Shown here: positions 60,268-64,000 of the stretch, piece by piece
Layout of the letters: each line of letters opens with the position of its first letter
Numbering within the stretch: position 1 is the stretch's first letter
From: Lama glama
Taxonomy: Eukaryota
DNA length: 64,000 nucleotides
Reading direction: 5' to 3'
Assembly: GCA_028534125.1 (NCBI GenBank)
Contig: CM052818.1
Span: 1,986,001-2,050,000 of the forward strand
Notes under the pieces: generated by a model
What the model saw: only the letters and a program-made list of their open reading frames with translations
What the model was told of the DNA's origin: nothing
Databases searched by the model: none
Program-made: the position numbers and the translations under genes

Positions 60268-62346
60268 GTGAGACACATACAAATTGTGTTCCTTTCACTT
60301 TCCCTTCCATGAATGAGACATAAAGAGGTAGGAGGCAAGGACTCTGACCTGGAGGATGTCCAGTCTCGTTCATGGCACAAAGTGAGATGGGCTGTGACAT
60401 CCCTGCAGGTGGGAAATGACATTCCCCGAGAATCGACTGAATGGAGGGCTGGAGCCTCTGTTCCAGTTTTTCGGTTGGTGGGTTTTTTAAGTGGGGATGA
60501 GGTAATGTCTGCCTTCTTGATTTGGTGAGACCCCCGAAGCCTTTTCCTTTCCATCTCAAAAATGGGTGTAACTCAAGAGGTCGTCCTCAGTGGTGCCCTC
60601 TCTGCTCCTTTGCCCTCTCACCTGGCCAGGTGTCCTCCCAGAGGGACGCCAGTCGTTTACGGCTGTCCCAGCTGTCCACTTCATTCTGGAAATCTATCTC
60701 GAGAGGTGTGGAGAGTTCCAGGAGAACTCACCCAGCCCCAGGGCCTCTTCCCTGAATGGGCTCCAGAAATCCCTGCTCTGAGGCTGTCCAGCTGCAGGCA
60801 CAGAGTCTTAGGAGAGGCACGTGATAGCCAGGGCTGCCTGATCAGCCCTGGCAAGAGAGGGGTGCTTATGGGGAGGGGCTGTGAGCTGGGGGGAGGTACG
60901 GGGTCCCAGGGCTGTCCCACAGAGTCAAGGGCAGGCCCAGAGCCCACCTCCACGTGCCCAGGGGCATCTGAATGATTCTGGAAACAAGACATTTGGGTTC
61001 AAGTTCCTTTTTGTGTGGCCCTGGAGAAATCACTTATGACTTCTCTGTTTCCATCTCTGAAAGTGAGCGCAACCTGTCTCACGAGCCACGCAGTAAAGGA
61101 CCGTGCAGTGCCTGGCAGGTGGCAGGCGTTCATTGGACACAGCAATAGATAAAGCCTGCAGTCTGTCTGGTGAGGCATCCCACTCGAAGGGCCGCCTTGA
61201 GCTGGCGACGAGGACTGGAGATGGCTGAAAAACAGCTCTGCTCCGAGTGAGGACGGCCGGGCTGGATTCGGAGGCTGCAGGACAGCAGAGGCGGGGCAGG
61301 CAGGGCAGGAGACAGAGATCGCTGGCAGCTTGGGCACCAGGCATCCCTTCCTCGCATCCCACTTGGCCTTGGAAAGCAGCAGGGCTGGCCTCCTCCCCAG
61401 CTGCTCCTCGTGCTCCAGATAAATTGTTTCCGCCTGAGCTGCCTCCTCCTCCCCCAGCCCTCTTCCTGTTGCAACACCTCGGCTGGGCAGTAAACACGGG
61501 GCTCTATCTGTCTCCACCACGTCCCTGGCTTCCTGCCGTCCCAGGCTCACCCTCCTCCAGCCCAGCCCCGGCCAGATGTGCCCGTGGCTTTCCCAGCTGT
61601 TCCCTTGACCCCTGAGTCAAAGCTCTGTATGTCAAGGGATTGCCTTTGGCCCTCCCCACCCTCCACACTCCCCTCCCCTCTTGCTCTCAGGGCAGGAACT
61701 AAGAGGGTCCCTTTTCACTGCATTTTCTCTCTCCCTCTCTCTCTTCCATTGCATTTTCTTTCTCTCTCCTTAGCTGCCTCTGTAGACTCCAGCATTTGGC
61801 AACAATATAAAAGATGCCCATCGTATCTTCACTGTGCTCCCAGCATCCTACTCCCCCGATTCTCAGGGCTGGTCTCCCCCACCAGGTGCCCAGGCCCTCC
61901 ACGTGCCCCAGCACCCTCCTGAGCGGGAGAAGACAGTCTGACAGGTCCACCCAGATGAAGTGCTGCAGGCTCAGCCCCTCACCCCTCCCAGGCGCCATGT
62001 TCCTTTTAGGGGCTTCACATGGCCTCATCTTCCCACGGAAGGGTTACCTCCATTCCTCCTGCCCCAGCCCCATCCGAGCTCCCCACAGTCATTCTTCCAG
62101 GGCAAAGGGGGCTTCTGTTCTTTCCCGACCTCCAGGGGTCCTGATGTTGAGTAGAAAAGGAACAGGGCCCTTTTCTGGCCTGGGTAGGAGTTTGGAGATG
62201 GTGGTCTAGCCTTTCTGGGCCCCCTATCCTGACCTTCCCATCAGACCACAGCTCCACCGCTGCCCGGCTTCCCCGGAAGATGGCAAGGATGCCCATATCT
62301 TGTCTGTTCTGATGACCCAGCAGGACACTGATGGATACTCCCAGAC

Positions 62347-62383
<37 letters not shown>

Positions 62384-62432
62384 CCCCCTCTCTCTCTCCC
62401 TTTCTCACACACACACACACACACACACACAC
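62347..62432. repeat. Compound (CT)n(CA)n microsatellite
   Basis: ctctctctctctctctctcttctctctctctctctccccctctctctctccctttctcacacacacacacacacacacacacac. Confidence 0.95.
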
Positions 62433-62959
62433 CCCTCAGCCTGGAGGAAAGGAGGGGAGGTGTCCCCCCTCACCTGCTATAGTAGCAGCATTTTCAATGC
62501 ACATTTGACACAATTGTGGTTGAGTCCACGGTGGAGGGACCACCTGGGGAAACTGAAAAGAAAGATCCTTCTGCTGGAATTCAGTGGGAACCTGAGTGCC
62601 AACCCACGTGAAGGAGAAGACTTCCTTCCGGGCATCAGGGGCCACCCGGGCTCCCTGTCCCCGAGGTCTGGAACCTGGCGGGCTTCTGCCCCACACCAGC
62701 CTGCCTGGGGCTCACCCCTGTCTAGCTGCAGGCCCTCTGTCACCTCTCACATCCTTCTCTAGAGCCCTGGAGATCTTTCCACATCTCACGGCTTTCTCAT
62801 TCCCCAAGTCCCAGAACCTGGACTGATGGCACAGGATCGAGGAGCCGATTAGAGGAAAGGACAGCTTGAGAAAGGAGCTTAGAAATCATTCTTGCCAGCC
62901 TCTCTTTTTATAAAGAGATGTGATCGAGGCCCGGAGGTAGTAGCTGGTGGTAGCAGTAG

Positions 62960-63165
62960 CAAGGATTTACCCATTGTTTGCCATGACCCAGACTCTGAGC
63001 TGAGCATTTCACATGTGTTGCCTCATTTAATCCTCACAGCAGTTCCCTGAAAAAGCTTCCCCCACTTTACAGACATGAAAACAGAGTCTTGGTAAGGTTA
63101 AATGCCTCGCCCTGGAACACCCAGCTACTAAATGTTAGAACAATTGTCCAACCCAATTCGGTGCA
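62960..63165 (-). mobile_element. MIR SINE
   Basis: gcatttcacatgtgttgcctcatttaatcctcacagc...cccactttacagacatgaaaacagag...aggttaaatgcctcgccc. Confidence 0.85.
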
Positions 63166-64000
63166 ATGCCTTAACCACCAGCTGTACTGCCTCTGGGGCA
63201 GAAAAGGGATGTGAGAAGCAACTGGTCCAAAGTCACACAATAAATCTGGGGGGCGCTTGACCCCACAACCCAGATTGCCATCACTCGCTGCCCATCTTCA
63301 GGAGTCAGGTCCTTGGTGAGTGATGCTATGACAGGGATGGGGCCAGGCCTGGCCTGAAGGCTCCTGCTGGCTCCCGTCCTTTCCTTCTCGGACCCTGGCC
63401 CAGCCGGGGTTTGGGAGGACATCTGGGCTGGGAGGCTCTGGGAGCTCATCTGGCTGGACCCCTCACTGGGGCTTGCTCAAGGTCACAGGTGAGCTAGAGG
63501 CAGAGCGAACACCCAGAGCAACCCCCTCCACCCTGGCTCCAAGCTTTGACCCTGCCCCCATGGGCCAGGCCTTCCCAGGGTGACGTCAGCTCCAAGAGTA
63601 TTTTGGTGGTCAAGGCTGGATGGCAAGTCCCAGCAAGTCCTCTTCGAGGGGTTAAGATTAGCACACGGACCTCAGCTATGACTCACAGAGGTGAGCGGGG
63701 TCAGGCCAGCGGGGCTCCCATCACCACTCTCCTCTGATTCACCAGTGGGAAAAAAAAATGGCCCACGACCTTTCCCTCTGCCAGCTTCCTCCCTCTGCTT
63801 CTAACCGACTGGGCTGTGCGGAGTGGGGACGGGCCTTCCATTTCTCAGCCTCAGAGCCCAGGCTACGACAGTGACTGGGCATTCCTTTCTTTGTGGTCCA
63901 CTCTGACGTTCCCCCAACCTTCCCTCATTTTATCCAGCCTCCTCAGTCTCCCCAACATCCAGCCGCATGGCTCAAGCTCACCTGGGAAACCTGCATGTCA

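Overview
Mammalian genomic DNA, almost certainly camelid (Camelus/Vicugna/Lama), because it carries five copies of a tRNA-derived SINE of the camelid Vic-1 type. I see no credible host protein-coding gene, tRNA, rRNA or CRISPR array; the only ORFs I recognise are decayed transposon proteins (Tigger1 transposase, L1 ORF2, CR1/L3 RT). There are three compositional domains. Two GC-rich flanks (about 1-25.4 kb and 45.5-64 kb) hold old L2, MIR, MER and MaLR/ERVL fragments plus repeat-free stretches that look like enhancers. Between them is an AT-rich pile of nested L1s (about 25.5-45.5 kb) containing a full-length Tigger1, a Gypsy-type solo LTR, MER58 and SINEs. Most notable: a young intact ERV solo LTR with TATA, octamer and phased CCAAT boxes; a tail-to-tail inverted SINE pair; a fold-back inversion at an L1 deletion junction; a CpG-rich MIR relic; a degenerate G/T-skewed array; and homeodomain-motif-dense AT islands. 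Repeat subfamily names come from recalled consensus sequences, not a database search, and boundaries of old elements are approximate. I found no convincing novel biological system; the window reads as intergenic or deep intronic regulatory DNA.
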